A DNA stretch of 63,790 bases, filler included, from Sandaracinaceae bacterium (GTDB lineage: Bacteria; Myxococcota_A; Polyangia; Polyangiales; JADJQN01): assembly GCA_947483975.1 (NCBI GenBank). It is 16 parts of 16 records of this genome, joined end to end, with 100 filler letters (N's around TTAATTAATTAA, not from the genome) between each part and the next. Parts side by side here need not be neighbours in the genome. Positions count along the whole stretch, not along the records: positions 59,957 to 63,790 come from CANKOL010000457.1; 15 more parts are not named here. One strand, written 5' to 3'. Shown piece by piece: positions 62,919 through 63,790 of the stretch. Every line of letters begins with the position of its first letter. Position 1 is the first letter of the stretch. The notes beneath the pieces were generated by a model that saw only the letters and a list, made by a program, of their open reading frames with translations, was not told where the DNA came from and did no database searches. Both the position numbers and the translations under genes were made by a program.

Positions 62919-63790
62919 ATGGCGGGCGAGCAACGGGATTCCAGCGCAGCAATTCGGGGCCGTCGGCCCTTGGCGGTCGTGCGCGCGCCGCAGCCCAAGG
63001 TGCCCGCGTGGCGCCGCTGGCTGAAGCGCCTCGCGTGGCTGACGCTGCTGCTCGTGATCGCGGGGATCGGCGGGCTCGTCGGGGTCTTCTGGTACTACGG
63101 GCGCGGGCTGCCGTCGGTCACCTCGCTGCGCGAGTATCACCCCGCGCAGGTGACGCGCGTGCTCGACCGACATGGCGAGCTGATCGACGAGCTCTTCACC
63201 GAGCGGCGCACCGTCGTGCCGATCGGGCGGGTGCCGCGCGTGCTCGTGCTCTCGGTGCTCGCGGCGGAGGACGCCGACTTCTACCGGCACGAGGGGCTCG
63301 ACTACCCGGGCATCGTGCGCGCGGTCGGGCGGCATCTGCTGACGGGGCGCCGGATGCAGGGCACGAGCACGATCACGCAGCAGATCGTGAAGAACCTGCT
63401 GCTGTCGCCCGAGCGCAGCCTGACCCGCAAGATCAAGGAGCTGATCCTCGCGCGGCGCCTCGAGCAGGAATACACGAAAGACGAGATTCTCGGCTTTTAC
63501 CTGAACACCATCAACTACGGGCACGGGCGCTACGGCGTGCAGGAGGCGGCGCGCTTCTACTTCGGCAAGGACGTCGCCGAGCTGAACCTCGCCGAGGCGT
63601 CGCTGATCGCGGGCGTCCCGCAGCAGCCCGCGCGCCTCTCGCCGCGCACGCACCCGGAGGCGGCCAAGCGGCGGCAGCGCTTCATCCTCGATCAGCTCGA
63701 GCAGAAGCGCGCGGAGTACTGGCCAGATCTGACGGTCGAGGCGATCCACGCGGCGCGCGACGCGACCCCGCGCCTCGCCCCGCTGCGCGA
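62919..63790 (+). CDS. Class A penicillin-binding protein (PBP1A family), 3' truncated; not in ORF track
   Basis: Manual translation: TM helix, LPSV...VLDRHG, AAEDADFYRHEG, GTSTITQQIVKN, RKIKE, FYLNTINYG and YFGK. Confidence 0.9.
   Translation, partial: MAGEQRDSSAAIRGRRPLAVVRAPQPKVPAWRRWLKRLAWLTLLLVIAGIGGLVGVFWYYGRGLPSVTSLREYHPAQVTRVLDRHGELIDELFTERRTVVPIGRVPRVLVLSVLAAEDADFYRHEGLDYPGIVRAVGRHLLTGRRMQGTSTITQQIVKNLLLSPERSLTRKIKELILARRLEQEYTKDEILGFYLNTINYGHGRYGVQEAARFYFGKDVAELNLAEASLIAGVPQQPARLSPRTHPEAAKRRQRFILDQLEQKRAEYWPDLTVEAIHAARDATPRLAPLR

Noticed and set aside
143..63749. Many long Arg/Ala-rich overlapping ORFs (e.g. 143..1660, 24176..26614, 53031..55766, 62832..63749)
   Set aside because: Shadow ORFs from high GC content and codon bias in alternative or antisense frames of real genes.

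Overview
This is not one locus. It is 16 short contigs (about 3.83-3.97 kb each, in decreasing size order) joined by artificial 100-nt N spacers containing TTAATTAATTAA, so gene neighbourhoods mean nothing across spacers. The DNA is very GC-rich and looks like a Myxococcota genome, probably a Polyangiales/Sandaracinaceae-like MAG. The basis for that is the many Ser/Thr kinases, PEGA/FHA/TPR/VIT proteins and DAG-linker lipoproteins. Housekeeping genes include icd, xerD, lexA, sixA, trmH and a class A PBP. The most interesting contigs are three. (i) 36195-40072: a PlpX-like radical SAM/SPASM 'splicease' converges on a YG-motif precursor tail. The two are separated by a ~2 kb decayed defence/TA islet bounded by a duplication of both gene ends, and a 41-bp hairpin/T-tract array lies upstream of the enzyme. 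(ii) 40173-44040: a translationally coupled kinase / atypical receiver / stand-alone His-box protein / Cys-insert sigma54 activator operon, followed by a candidate enhancer and a sigma54 promoter. (iii) 44141-48001: foreign-looking lipoprotein cargo between two non-identical IS91-family transposase 3' ends. Many genes also appear to have leaderless promoters. All family assignments are by motif recognition; no database searches were run.
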